From positions 16,930 to 80,929 of the forward strand of contig JAFGGS010000022.1 in assembly GCA_016930415.1 (NCBI GenBank): a DNA stretch of 64,000 bases, written 5' to 3'. Below, one piece after another: positions 37,114-46,666 of this stretch; the stretch's first letter is position 1; the number at the start of each line of letters is the position of its first letter. Source of the DNA: Candidatus Woesearchaeota archaeon (lineage in GTDB: Archaea; Nanobdellota; Nanobdellia; Woesearchaeales; SM23-78). The position numbers and the translations under genes are program-made. Below the pieces are notes generated by a model. That model made no database searches and was not told where the DNA came from. It was given only the letters and a program-made list of their open reading frames with translations.

Positions 37114-38868
37114 TCACTTGTTTATGTCCTTCCTGTAGGGGATAACGTTCCCTCTTATGTGGAGGTCTCCGCGGCCTTGGTCTGCCCAGGCTAGCACTAT
37201 CCCTTTCTTGTTCTTGAGCGTGAAGCTTCCTGGACTAGGGTCTATGTTGGCGTTCTCCTCGTAGAGCTTGCCTGTCATGTGTAGGTCTCCAGTCTCGCTG
37301 TCGAACCAGATGGTCGTCTTGACGTTGCCGTACTCATCTTCGTGGTTGATCGCGTAGTCGCCTCCGCGCGGGCTAAACGCGCTTCCCTCGATAACTTCTC
37401 CTCTTATCAATAGGTTCCCGATCGGGGTTATCCTCGCGGTCTGTTCCCGGTCGCTCGTCGTGATGAATATGGCTTGGTCTTGGAAGTATTCCTTGTTGTC
37501 CAGGCATTCGAGGGGTCTCTCGTTTGGGTTTGGCGCGCTGCATGGGTCTGTTAGCGCTTGCGTGTAGTTGCTCTGGGCTGGGGTTGGCTCTGTGTTTTGT
37601 GGCAAAGTCTGGTTTCCTTCTTCGGGAGCTTCCTCGCTTATGATTATCTGAAACTCGTTGCTCGTGATCATCGTGTCGCCGTCTGTCGCGTATACTCTTG
37701 CAGTCTCCTCTGTCTCCTCGGCTGAGTATATCTTCAGCTTGCTTCCGAGCGTAGATGAGGCTATGGTTTCAAGTCCGCTCACATCGTAGTGCAGCTGGCT
37801 GTCATCTGGGTCTGTGAAGTATCTGCTCATGTCGACTTCTTTCTCTTCACCTGGCCTCGCGTAGACGTCGCTTATCTCGAGCGCTTGCCTTGGCGGCTGG
37901 TTCTCCTTTGGTCTGGTCGCTTTGATCTCTGTGATCGTCACTTGCGTGCCGTCGCTCGGCTCTATCACGAGCACTGGCCTGTTTGTCTCGTTCATCTCGC
38001 AGGTCTCTGTGCATAGGTCTGTGAAGGATAATCCTGTGCTGTTGATGATGTGCCTGGCTGTCTCCTGCGGTTCTTCTTGGATTAGGTTGATTGTCTTCTC
38101 GGTCTCGTTCGTGGCGTTGATCACTTCGAACCTTACTTCCAGCCTGATTATGTCTTCTCCTGTAGCTATTATGCCTACGACTATGTATTCTCCTGCGCTG
38201 GTCGGGGCGTAGCTGCCCGTCTCGATCAGCGTGGCTTCTTCTCCTTGGTGGACGTAGACTGTCATGTTATCGTCTTCTTCTGGCGTCGTGGTTATCTGCA
38301 CTTCTTCTCCAAGGCTGTATGTCTTCTTGTCTGTTGTGAGGGTGTATTCTCGGGCTTGTTGTCCTGAACCAGTCACTTCTCCGACTAATAGTTCTCCTTC
38401 TGCAGTCTTGAGTGTGAACCTTGCTCCTTCTCCTGTGATCGAGCCGCTTATCTTAAGTCCCGTCACCTTATCCAGTTCGATAACTCTCTCTGTGAGCGCA
38501 GTGATGGTCTCTTGCGTGGCTAGTGTCTCTTCTGCTTGCTTGACTGCGAAGCCTGTTATGTCTGCGTCGTTCCCGAAGAGGCCTGCCGTGCCTGCGATTA
38601 TTATCATTGCAGCGAGCATTATTGCCGCTATGTTCATGGCGTGGATCCCATTCTCGCGCTTCGCTGACTTGCGTTGCTCTGCCATCTGGCGGTCTATGTG
38701 GCTTAGCAGTTCTTCCTTTGTCTTGCCGCACAGCTTCTCCTCTATGATTATCTTGTGTTCGAGCGTTTGTATCTCTCCTGTGGCCAGTCTTTCCTGCATC
38801 TCATTCGTGAACCTGACTACTTCGTCCCTGGTCTCTTGCAGTCTTTGGATCTGTTCGTCAGGTTTCAT
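37114..38868 (-). CDS. Membrane-anchored acidic surface protein with probable Ig-like domains
   Basis: TM plus ITGFAV motif, TDKKTY.LGE.V, YFTDPD, C-terminal G(N/D)L.I.G repeats. Confidence 0.75.
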   Translation of the reverse strand: MKPDEQIQRLQETRDEVVRFTNEMQERLATGEIQTLEHKIIIEEKLCGKTKEELLSHIDRQMAEQRKSAKRENGIHAMNIAAIMLAAMIIIAGTAGLFGNDADITGFAVKQAEETLATQETITALTERVIELDKVTGLKISGSITGEGARFTLKTAEGELLVGEVTGSGQQAREYTLTTDKKTYSLGEEVQITTTPEEDDNMTVYVHQGEEATLIETGSYAPTSAGEYIVVGIIATGEDIIRLEVRFEVINATNETEKTINLIQEEPQETARHIINSTGLSFTDLCTETCEMNETNRPVLVIEPSDGTQVTITEIKATRPKENQPPRQALEISDVYARPGEEKEVDMSRYFTDPDDSQLHYDVSGLETIASSTLGSKLKIYSAEETEETARVYATDGDTMITSNEFQIIISEEAPEEGNQTLPQNTEPTPAQSNYTQALTDPCSAPNPNERPLECLDNKEYFQDQAIFITTSDREQTARITPIGNLLIRGEVIEGSAFSPRGGDYAINHEDEYGNVKTTIWFDSETGDLHMTGKLYEENANIDPSPGSFTLKNKKGIVLAWADQGRGDLHIRGNVIPYRKDINK

Positions 38869-39047
38869 CTTATCCGTAGCCTCCTGGCTGTCTCTATTGT
38901 GTCTTCTGCTTCCTTGATCTTTCGTATAGCATTTTTTTCGAAGTGAGAAACAGCTGCCTGGCTTATCTTGAGTCTCTTGCTTACTTCGATCTGGGTGAGG
39001 CTTTGCTTTCTTAGTTCCAGTACCTTGATTTCTTTCTCAGTAAGCAT
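38865..39047 (-). CDS. Small HTH regulator (Tfx/sigma-r4-like)
   Basis: LTEKE..VL.LR...LTQ.EVS.RL.ISQAAVS..EK.A; ATGA overlap with next gene. Confidence 0.85.
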   Translation of the reverse strand: MLTEKEIKVLELRKQSLTQIEVSKRLKISQAAVSHFEKNAIRKIKEAEDTIETARRLRIR

Positions 39048-39060
39048 TGTATAATCTTTC

Positions 39061-39076
39061 TAAGTTATAAAACTTA
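39061..39076. promoter_or_regulatory. Palindromic operator TAAGTT-N4-AACTTA
   Basis: Between TATA and start of HTH gene; TAAGTTATAAAA recurs at 39139-39150 next to a second TATA. Confidence 0.6.
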
Positions 39077-39251
39077 TCTTGATTTTATTTAAATATTTCG
39101 CTTTATCTTCAAACAATGAAATAATAACATAATTCTAATAAGTTATAAAATTTGATGTGATTATATATAAATGTTGTGGAAAAGAAAAATGAGAAAACAA
39201 GAACCTGCGAAAGCATGGCCAAGAAACATAATAAAGAAAGAAGCGTTAACT

Positions 39252-42200
39252 CTAGATTTTCAAACTGGTGACCTTGCTTATCTGGTTCTCATCCATTGAG
39301 ACGCCGTAGAGGCTGTCGGCCTCGCTGATCATGGAGTCGTTGTGGCTGATAACGACGTATTGGGCGCCCCTGCAATAGTTGCGAACAGCCCGTGCGAGCT
39401 TCTCAGAGTTGTTCTTGTCAAGGGCCGCGTCGACCTCGTCCATCACGTAGAAGCTGGCAGGCGCATACTCCTGGACAGCGAACAGGAACGCGAGCGCCGT
39501 GAGCGTCTTCTCGCCGCCAGATAACGACCTGATGTCCAAGAACTTGCTACCGACAAGCCTCACCTTCAAGGTCATGCCGCCCATGAACGGGTCCTCCTCG
39601 TTCTCAAGCTCAAAAGACGCATCGCCCTTAGTCGTCAGGCTTCCGAATATCTTCTTGAAGTTCTCGTTCAAGACGTTGTAAGTCCTGATGAAGAGGTCTT
39701 TCTTCTTGCCCTCTATCTCGTTGATCATTACAAGGACGTCTTCGCGCTCTTCTGCGAGCTTGTCCTTCTTCTTGATGAGACCGTTGTACTCAGCCTCTGC
39801 CCGTTCGTAGATCTCAAGAGCCTTCATGTTGACTGCTCCGATGTCACTCATCATCTTCTCGAACTGCTTGATCTCACGCTCGATGTCCTCCTCGCTCTTC
39901 TCATCGAACAACGGCACGCCCTCGTACTGCCTGAACTCCTCGTGCAGGCCTGCAAGCTCTGCCTTGACGCTCGCGTTCTCAAGCGCGACCACGTTGTTCT
40001 TCTGCTCGAGTTCCCTGATCTGGTTGTCCTTGACCATGCTTGAGCCCTCGAGCTTGGATATGTCATCCCCTAACTTGGTCCTCTTCTGGAAGAGCGACTT
40101 GAACTGGGCGTAGAAAGCGGCCTGCTTCTTCTCGCGATCCTTCAGGTCAGCTTCCTGGCTCTCGATTAAGCCCTCAATCTCCTTCCTCTCGTTAGCGAAG
40201 TCCTGCTTCTCCTTCTCGTTCTGTTTCAGTATCTTCTGGATCTTCTCACCCTCAGGGCCTAGTATCTTGCTCCTCTCATTCTCAATGCCCTTGAGATCAG
40301 CCTGGATGTGAATCAAGTCCTCCTTGAGCTCGCCCTTCTTCTGCTCGAATGAGTTGAGCTCAGCAAGAAGAGACGGGCTCCTAAGCCTCGTCAATTCATC
40401 CCTGATCTTCTGCTTGTCCATCTTCAGGCTTGCGAGGTCCTTGTTCTTGTCCACGAGATCTTTCCTAATGATCTCCAGCTGCTTCTCGACCTCTCTTAGC
40501 TCTCCGAAGATCGAGTCCTTCTCCTTCTTGTTAGCATCGATGTCTGCAGAGTCTATATGCAGGCTCTTCTCAAGCTTGATAACTTCAGCTTCTCCTTCAG
40601 CCCTCTCCTTGCGCAGCTCCTCTATCCTCATCTCGTTGTTGCGCTTCTTGACCTCGAGATTCGCGATAGTGCTCGCTATGTCATTTAGCTCAGACTCCAT
40701 CTTCTTGATCTTGTCATGGATCTCCTTGTCCTGGAAGCCGATGCCCTTCTTCCTCTGCCTGAAGCCTCCTTGCATGGCGCCGCTAGTCTCTACAAGGTCG
40801 CCTGTCAAGGTGACCATCCTCGTGGTCCCGATGCCGAGCTTCCTCGCAGTCTCGATGTCCTTGACTACGAGAGTGTTGCCGAAGACGTACTCGAACACCT
40901 TCCTGTACTTCTCTGAAAATGATATCAGGTCAAGCGCGAGGCCGTGGACCCCTTGCTTTTCCATCTTGCGAAGCCTTGAATCAATCTCCTTAGGCTTTAG
41001 CTTGTTTAAGGGCAGGAACGTAGCTGTTCCCAGCTTGTTGGTCTTGAGGTAGTTGATGCACTTCGCCGCTGATTCGTCGCTCTCAACTACGATGCTAGAA
41101 AGCCTGGGCCCAGCCGCGACTTCCAAAGCCAGCGCGAACTCTCCCTTCACGTCTCCAAGCTCAGACACGCTCCCGATTATTCCCTTGATAGTGCCCTTGT
41201 TCTTCATCTCAAGGATTCTGTTGAACGCCATGCCGCCTGCCAAGGACTCCTGGATCGAGGCTGACTTCGCCCTGAGAGTGCCTTCCTCCTCCTTCTTCGC
41301 GCTCATCCTGTCGCGGGCAGTGCCTAGCTGCTGCGAGAGGCTAGAATCATAGTCGAGAGCTCCCTCGAGCTCCTTGGACTTCTTGTCAACCTCTTTCTTC
41401 ATGCTCTTGAGCTTCTCAAGCGCGGCCTTGTTCTCCTTCTCGACAGACAAGACCTTCATGATCTTCTCATCGACTGACTGGCTCTTCAGTTCCAGGCGGT
41501 CCTTCTCCCTGAAGTAGTTCTGCTGCTGCTCCCTAAGCTTCTGGGTCTCTTCCTGCAGCGTCTCCGCCTTCTTGTCAATCTCAGAGACCTTCTCCTCCAT
41601 GCCTTGGGTCTCCTCAAGCTTGTTCTTCTTCCTGAACTCAAGGATCCTCTTGTCGAGCATCTCAAGATCCTTCTGCCTGCCCTTCAGCTGGCCCTCCAGC
41701 TCCTTCTTGTTCCGCTCGATAGTCTCGATCTTGTCAGTGAGCTCAGAATAGTTCTTGTCGAGTTCGCCCTTCCTATCATTGATCTTGGAGACCTCTTGGC
41801 CTATGGTTTCGATCCTCTGCTTGTTGAGAGCGATGTCGACTTTGAGCTTCTCGATCGCCTTGTGGAGGCTGACCTGTTCCTTCTCTCCTCGCTCCTCGAC
41901 TTCCTTGTTGATGTGCTCGATCTCCTTCTTCTTGGAATTGATGTCATCCCTGATCTTATCGATCTCCTTCCTGAAAGCGTCAATCCTGGATTGGTTCTCA
42001 GAGATCCTCTTCTCGTGTTCTTTTCGCTTGTCATCCCTCAACTTTATCTTGCGATGGATGCTCGTCGCCTTGTTCTGCTTTATCTTATCGCTGAGCTCCT
42101 TGAACTTCAGGGCCTGGTTCTTCTCCTTCTTGAGTTCCTTGAGGTAAGTTTCTCTCTCCGTGAGAATGATGCCTGCCTCGTTGAGCTTCTCCTCTACCCT

Positions 42201-42752
42201 AGTAATCTCCCGGATCGCCTTCTGTTTCTTATCCTCGTAGATGTTTATGCCTGCGATCTCCTCGATCATCCCTCTGCGCTCGAGAGGGCTCATCTCGATC
42301 AGCCTTGTTATGTCTCCCTGCAGTATTATGTTGTAGCCGTCGGGGTTTATCCTCGCCCTGCTCAGGAGGTCTAGTATCTGCTGCCTGGTCCTGGTCTTCT
42401 GGTTTATCTTGTAGACTGACTGGCCGCTAGGTTTGATTATCCTGGTGACCTCTAGTTCCTCGCCGTGATCCTCTCCGAACACCTTTGACTTGTTGTCGAA
42501 GAAGATGCTCACAAGCCCCTCCTTTGCAGGAGAGTTCTTCTTGCCCCCGTTATATATCAGGTTGGCGCTCTTCTCAGCCCTCATCTCCTTTACAGAACTC
42601 TTTCCCAGGACGAAGCAGAGCGCGTCCAGGACGTTGCTTTTTCCAGAGCCATTAGGGCCTAGGATGCAGTTGAAATTGTCTCCGAACAATAGCTCTGTCT
42701 TGTTAGCAAAAGACTTGAAACCCTTCAAGATAAGCTTTGTTATTCGCGTCAT
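39252..42752 (-). CDS. smc: Chromosome segregation protein SMC
   Basis: GFKSF, GPNGSGKSN, hinge, LSGGEK, DEVDAALD. Confidence 0.97.
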   Translation of the reverse strand: MTRITKLILKGFKSFANKTELLFGDNFNCILGPNGSGKSNVLDALCFVLGKSSVKEMRAEKSANLIYNGGKKNSPAKEGLVSIFFDNKSKVFGEDHGEELEVTRIIKPSGQSVYKINQKTRTRQQILDLLSRARINPDGYNIILQGDITRLIEMSPLERRGMIEEIAGINIYEDKKQKAIREITRVEEKLNEAGIILTERETYLKELKKEKNQALKFKELSDKIKQNKATSIHRKIKLRDDKRKEHEKRISENQSRIDAFRKEIDKIRDDINSKKKEIEHINKEVEERGEKEQVSLHKAIEKLKVDIALNKQRIETIGQEVSKINDRKGELDKNYSELTDKIETIERNKKELEGQLKGRQKDLEMLDKRILEFRKKNKLEETQGMEEKVSEIDKKAETLQEETQKLREQQQNYFREKDRLELKSQSVDEKIMKVLSVEKENKAALEKLKSMKKEVDKKSKELEGALDYDSSLSQQLGTARDRMSAKKEEEGTLRAKSASIQESLAGGMAFNRILEMKNKGTIKGIIGSVSELGDVKGEFALALEVAAGPRLSSIVVESDESAAKCINYLKTNKLGTATFLPLNKLKPKEIDSRLRKMEKQGVHGLALDLISFSEKYRKVFEYVFGNTLVVKDIETARKLGIGTTRMVTLTGDLVETSGAMQGGFRQRKKGIGFQDKEIHDKIKKMESELNDIASTIANLEVKKRNNEMRIEELRKERAEGEAEVIKLEKSLHIDSADIDANKKEKDSIFGELREVEKQLEIIRKDLVDKNKDLASLKMDKQKIRDELTRLRSPSLLAELNSFEQKKGELKEDLIHIQADLKGIENERSKILGPEGEKIQKILKQNEKEKQDFANERKEIEGLIESQEADLKDREKKQAAFYAQFKSLFQKRTKLGDDISKLEGSSMVKDNQIRELEQKNNVVALENASVKAELAGLHEEFRQYEGVPLFDEKSEEDIEREIKQFEKMMSDIGAVNMKALEIYERAEAEYNGLIKKKDKLAEEREDVLVMINEIEGKKKDLFIRTYNVLNENFKKIFGSLTTKGDASFELENEEDPFMGGMTLKVRLVGSKFLDIRSLSGGEKTLTALAFLFAVQEYAPASFYVMDEVDAALDKNNSEKLARAVRNYCRGAQYVVISHNDSMISEADSLYGVSMDENQISKVTSLKI

Positions 42753-42933
42753 CTATAACTCACTTCACCAAAACAGCAAAAATCTTTTTTCTTTTTTTCG
42801 CGCATGAAAAACGCGTTCGAGGCGCATAATGCGTATATTAATATACGTAGAGCACTCGCTCTATGCAGTGACCTAATAAGACGAGAATATAAAAAGGTTT
42901 TGGTTTTGAAAAAAGCGTTTTCTCATCATAACA

Positions 42934-42941
42934 TTTATATA
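42934..42941 (+). promoter_or_regulatory. TATA box of leader-ilvA transcript
   Basis: TTTATATA 22 nt before leader ATG (leaderless spacing). Confidence 0.65.
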
Positions 42942-42963
42942 ATCTGGTTGCGTATCTTACCCT

Positions 42964-43068
42964 ATGAAGGCTAATGATGATTTTGCAAGGCCGGGAATGG
43001 TTTCTGGAATGCTGAGCAGCACGGCTTCTATAATAATCGGGATTATCATCATAATTATCATGGCGTAA
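42964..43068 (+). CDS. Ile-rich leader peptide of ilvA (34 aa)
   Basis: MKANDDFARPGMVSGMLSSTASIIIGIIIIIIMA*; 9 Ile codons in 43030-43059. Confidence 0.8.
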   Translation: MKANDDFARPGMVSGMLSSTASIIIGIIIIIIMA

Positions 43069-43125
43069 TTTCGCCCTGATCGGTCTTCTATAAGTTCTAA
43101 AAAAAAAAGGGCGAAAAAGGTGATC
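43062..43125 (+). promoter_or_regulatory. Candidate attenuator with alternative helices
   Basis: TTTCGCCCT(43069-77)/AGGGCGAAA(43108-16) versus GATCGGTCTT(43078-87)/AAGGTGATC(43117-25, contains SD). Confidence 0.6.
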
Positions 43126-43129
43126 TAGA

Positions 43130-44476
43130 TTGGGTTATGAAACAAAGGGAACAGGAAATGAGACAAGAAGCGGCAAAGACGAGGGCAGTCATGCAGGAGA
43201 GACCGCTCTTGCGCGCATGAAGTTGGTAAGTCCGCAGTCGATCATACTGGCTCATCATAAGATCCAAGGCGTCGCCTTGAGGACTCCCTTGAAGCGAAAC
43301 GAGGTCTTATCAGAGCGCTACGGCGCAAACATTTACTTGAAGCATGAGAACGAGCAGCCCATCCGCTCCTACAAGCTGAGAGGCGCTTTCAACCTCATAT
43401 CAGGACTCTCAGAAGAGGAGAAAAAGAGAGGGATAGTCGCGGCGAGCGCTGGCAACCACTCCCAGGCAGTCGCTTACACCTGCAACCATTTGAGGATCAA
43501 GGGCACCATCTTCATGCCTAAGACCACGCCGCTCCAGAAAGTGGCAAATACTGAGCGCTTCGGCAACGGAAACGTCAAAGTGATCTTAGAGGGAGACAAC
43601 TTCGACGCTGCCTACGCGGCTTCCAAGAGGTTTCTTGAGGAGAACGCAGGAGTGTACGTCCACCCCTTTAACGACCCTAGAGTGATCAGCGGCCAGGGAA
43701 GCGTCGCAAAAGAGATACTGGAAGACTTCACAACTGGCCCTGGAGCGAATGAGATAGATTACTTGCTCGTGCCGATAGGAGGGGGTGGCCTGATATCAGG
43801 AGTAGGCACTTATTTCAACAGCATGAGCCCGAAGACCAAGGTATTAGGAGTCGAGCCAAAGGAAGCCCCTGCAATGCACGACTCGCTTGCAGCAGACAGC
43901 CTTATCTCGCTTGATAAGTTCTCTAGCTTCGTGGATGGCGCAGCAGTGAAGCAGGTCGGAGTATTGACTTTCAGCATCGCAAGAGAGCTAGGCTACAAAG
44001 TCTTATTAGTGCCTGAGGGAAGGGTGTGCTCTGCAGTTATAGACCTCTACCGTCAAGGCATAGTAGCTGAGCCTGCTGGCGCCTTGTCAGTCGCAGCCCT
44101 TGAAGACTTGAAGGATGAGATCAATGGCAAGAACGTGGTCTGCATCCTAAGCGGCGGCAACAACGACTTTGACCGCTTGCCTGAGATGAGGGAGCGTTCG
44201 ATGATGCACGATGGGGTCAAGCATTACTTCATAGTCGAATTCCCGCAAAGGCCTGGCGCACTCCGGGAGTTCCTGGATAGCGCCCTCGGGCCGACTGATG
44301 ATATCTCGCGCTTCGAATACACCAAGAAGACGTCTGCAGAGACTGGGCCAGCACTGGTAGGCATAACCTTCCGCAAGCAGGAGGATTTCGAGCCTTTTGT
44401 GAAGCGCATGAAAGACGTCGGCTTCACCCACGTGCACCTGAACAACAATGAATTGTTCCTCAAATACTTCCTGTAA
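43130..44476 (+). CDS. ilvA: Threonine dehydratase, biosynthetic, with C-terminal regulatory domain
   Basis: SYKLRGA PLP lysine, ASAGNH, PIGGGGL, SGGN, FPQRPGAL; TTG start after GGTGAT. Confidence 0.95.
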   Translation: MGYETKGTGNETRSGKDEGSHAGETALARMKLVSPQSIILAHHKIQGVALRTPLKRNEVLSERYGANIYLKHENEQPIRSYKLRGAFNLISGLSEEEKKRGIVAASAGNHSQAVAYTCNHLRIKGTIFMPKTTPLQKVANTERFGNGNVKVILEGDNFDAAYAASKRFLEENAGVYVHPFNDPRVISGQGSVAKEILEDFTTGPGANEIDYLLVPIGGGGLISGVGTYFNSMSPKTKVLGVEPKEAPAMHDSLAADSLISLDKFSSFVDGAAVKQVGVLTFSIARELGYKVLLVPEGRVCSAVIDLYRQGIVAEPAGALSVAALEDLKDEINGKNVVCILSGGNNDFDRLPEMRERSMMHDGVKHYFIVEFPQRPGALREFLDSALGPTDDISRFEYTKKTSAETGPALVGITFRKQEDFEPFVKRMKDVGFTHVHLNNNELFLKYFL

Positions 44477-44524
44477 TCATCATTTGGGAAAAATTAATAA
44501 ATGACAACCTCCAGAAACGTGCTT

Positions 44525-45181
44525 ATGAGAAGATTACAACTCCTAGCATTCACCTTGGTAGTGCTCTCATTCGTAGTCGCGTTAGCATTCTATCCTACCA
44601 TGCCTGACTACCTGGCGAGCCATTGGAACGCGCAAGGGACTGTCAACGGCTACATGCCAAAGGCCTGTGGCCTCCTCCTATTGCCTGTGATGTCTCTAGT
44701 GATATTCCTACTTTTCCTCTTCTTCGCCAGGGCAGATCCGCTGAACAAGAACATCTCAAAGTTCATACACCACTACGATCTCATGCTCGCAGTGACTTCT
44801 GCGTTCATGCTCTACATGCTAGGTTTGATGATTGCCTGGAACCTAGGCTACAGGTTCGACTTCATAGTCATGTTCACCCCTGCTCTCAGCGTATTGTTCT
44901 ACTTCGCAGGAGTCGTGATCGAGAAGACCAAGAGGAACTATACAATCGGCATAAGGACTCCTTGGACACTGCAAAGCGACCACGTCTGGGACCAGACCCA
45001 CTCAGTCGGCGGCAGGCTCTTCAAGGTCGCGGCCGTGATAAGCCTGTTCGGAGTCTTCCTCCCAAAGATCGCCATCTGGCTGATCCTGATACCGATACTC
45101 TTCGTCGTCGTGTTCGTCGTCTTCTACTCCTACCACATCTACAAGAAGCTAGAGAAGAAGCACGTGCTGCACAAGAAGTAG
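44525..45181 (+). CDS. SdpI family membrane protein (DUF1648+SdpI)
   Basis: SHWNAQG, NYTIGIRTPWTL, W..TH..GG. Confidence 0.9.
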   Translation: MRRLQLLAFTLVVLSFVVALAFYPTMPDYLASHWNAQGTVNGYMPKACGLLLLPVMSLVIFLLFLFFARADPLNKNISKFIHHYDLMLAVTSAFMLYMLGLMIAWNLGYRFDFIVMFTPALSVLFYFAGVVIEKTKRNYTIGIRTPWTLQSDHVWDQTHSVGGRLFKVAAVISLFGVFLPKIAIWLILIPILFVVVFVVFYSYHIYKKLEKKHVLHKK

Positions 45182-45193
45182 ATTATTAGATCT

Positions 45194-46348
45194 TTAAACC
45201 TGTTTTCTCACAAGCTCCACGACGCCTTCGTAGTGTTGTGTCTGGGGGAAGAGGTCGAACATAGCCACGCTTCTTGTCTCGTAGCCCTGGAAGAGGGGGA
45301 GTTCTTTTGAGAGCTGCCTGATGTTGCAAGAGATGTAGATTATCACTCTTGGCTTTCTATTGTTGAGGTCCCTAATCGTGTCTGGGTGCATGCCGCTCCT
45401 AGGAGGGTCTGTTACCACGTAGAGTTCCTCTTCATCTGGCAGGCTAAGCTCCTTTATCTTCTGGGCGTCAAGCAGGATCGTTTCCACGTTCGAAGACTTG
45501 TTCTTCTCGATGTTTTTCTTTGCAGAGTCGATGCACTCCTTGAAACTCTCGACAATCGTGACCCTTGAGAACAGGTCAAAGTTGATTATCCCGAAAGTGC
45601 CGACGCCGCCGTAGAGGTCGAGCAAGTGAGTGTTCCCTTGCCCCTTGCCTGCTTCAAGGCTCTTCTTCAAGAGGCTTTGCACGTACTTTTGCATCTCCCG
45701 CGCCATCTCGTGGTTGTTCTGGAAGAAACCTTGGACAGAATACTCGAAGGTCTTGCCCAGGTACTCTTCTTCAAGGCAGTCCTTGCCTTTCACGACCGAG
45801 TACTCGCTTGAGACGCTCATGTCAGTCTCAGGAGGCACGTAGGTCACTATGATGTCCTCGGCGCTCGTCTCCTTGCAGAACCTCTTAACCTCTTCGATGG
45901 CTGAATGCGTGACGTTGCTCTTGGAATTGATGACTAGGCTTACGGCGGAATCCTTGCTTGATGTCCTGATGACTGCGTAACGGAACGTGCCTGTCTTCTT
46001 GACTAAGTCGAAGACGTCCGCCTCCTTGAAGAAACTCCTGACCTCGCCAAGCAACTGATTAGTCTTTTCATCAGCAATCGGGCAGTACTTCACAGGCACG
46101 GCTCTTTTCCAGTTATCCTTCTCCCGAAGCCCAAGGCCTCCTTTGCAGAAGATGAAGTCCATCCTGCTCCGATAGCCGTACTCCTTGCCTGAGAATACTA
46201 GGACGTTCTCTTCCTTCACCCGCGCGCTCACAGCGAGCCGCCTCTTCTTTGCCAAGAGCTGATCCTTGTAAGGGATGCCTTGGCTCGTGCACCCGCCGCA
46301 CCTGCCAAACAGAGGACAAGCTGCTCCTTCAGGTTTCTCATCAGCCAT
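45194..46348 (-). CDS. RNA m5U methyltransferase, RlmD/TrmA family
   Basis: CPLFGRCGGC, FFQNN, DPPRSG, YISCN, DLFPQT.H.E. Confidence 0.9.
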   Translation of the reverse strand: MADEKPEGAACPLFGRCGGCTSQGIPYKDQLLAKKRRLAVSARVKEENVLVFSGKEYGYRSRMDFIFCKGGLGLREKDNWKRAVPVKYCPIADEKTNQLLGEVRSFFKEADVFDLVKKTGTFRYAVIRTSSKDSAVSLVINSKSNVTHSAIEEVKRFCKETSAEDIIVTYVPPETDMSVSSEYSVVKGKDCLEEEYLGKTFEYSVQGFFQNNHEMAREMQKYVQSLLKKSLEAGKGQGNTHLLDLYGGVGTFGIINFDLFSRVTIVESFKECIDSAKKNIEKNKSSNVETILLDAQKIKELSLPDEEELYVVTDPPRSGMHPDTIRDLNNRKPRVIIYISCNIRQLSKELPLFQGYETRSVAMFDLFPQTQHYEGVVELVRKQV

Positions 46349-46430
46349 GATGTCTTGAAGAGAAGGACAATAGTATAAAAATACTTTCCTAAAAACATCT
46401 GTTGTCCTTGCCTGATCTCTACGGCTAAGA

Positions 46431-46666
46431 CTACTTCTGCTTCGAGGACTTGTGTGCTACTATGAGCGCCACTATCCCGATGACGACGAACGCCCAGACG
46501 ATCCCTAGCAGTATCTCGAGCTGGTCCCTTGCGAATATGAGGAACAGCACTGTTATCGCGAGGAATATCCCCATGAGCGAGGCTGGGATAGCGATGAACG
46601 GGCTCTTGTCCCCTGGGCTACAATAGGCTTATAGGCTTCCATGTTCTCCTTGACTTTCTTTGGCAT
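46431..46666 (-). pseudogene. Small two-TM protein gene frameshifted by 8-bp duplication
   Basis: SD GGAGGTGA; ATAGGCTT twice at 46623-46638; removing one copy restores a 75-aa ORF. Confidence 0.75.

Noticed and set aside
40324..42374. Several long + strand ORFs
   Set aside because: Antisense to smc coiled coil; Ser/Leu/Phe-rich mirror composition.
42832..42847. Palindrome as bacterial parS
   Set aside because: Same length but no similarity to TGTTTCACGTGAAACA; no parB in window.
43069..43116. Hairpin as bacterial intrinsic terminator
   Set aside because: No U-tract follows on the + strand; the loop is long and contains an A-run.
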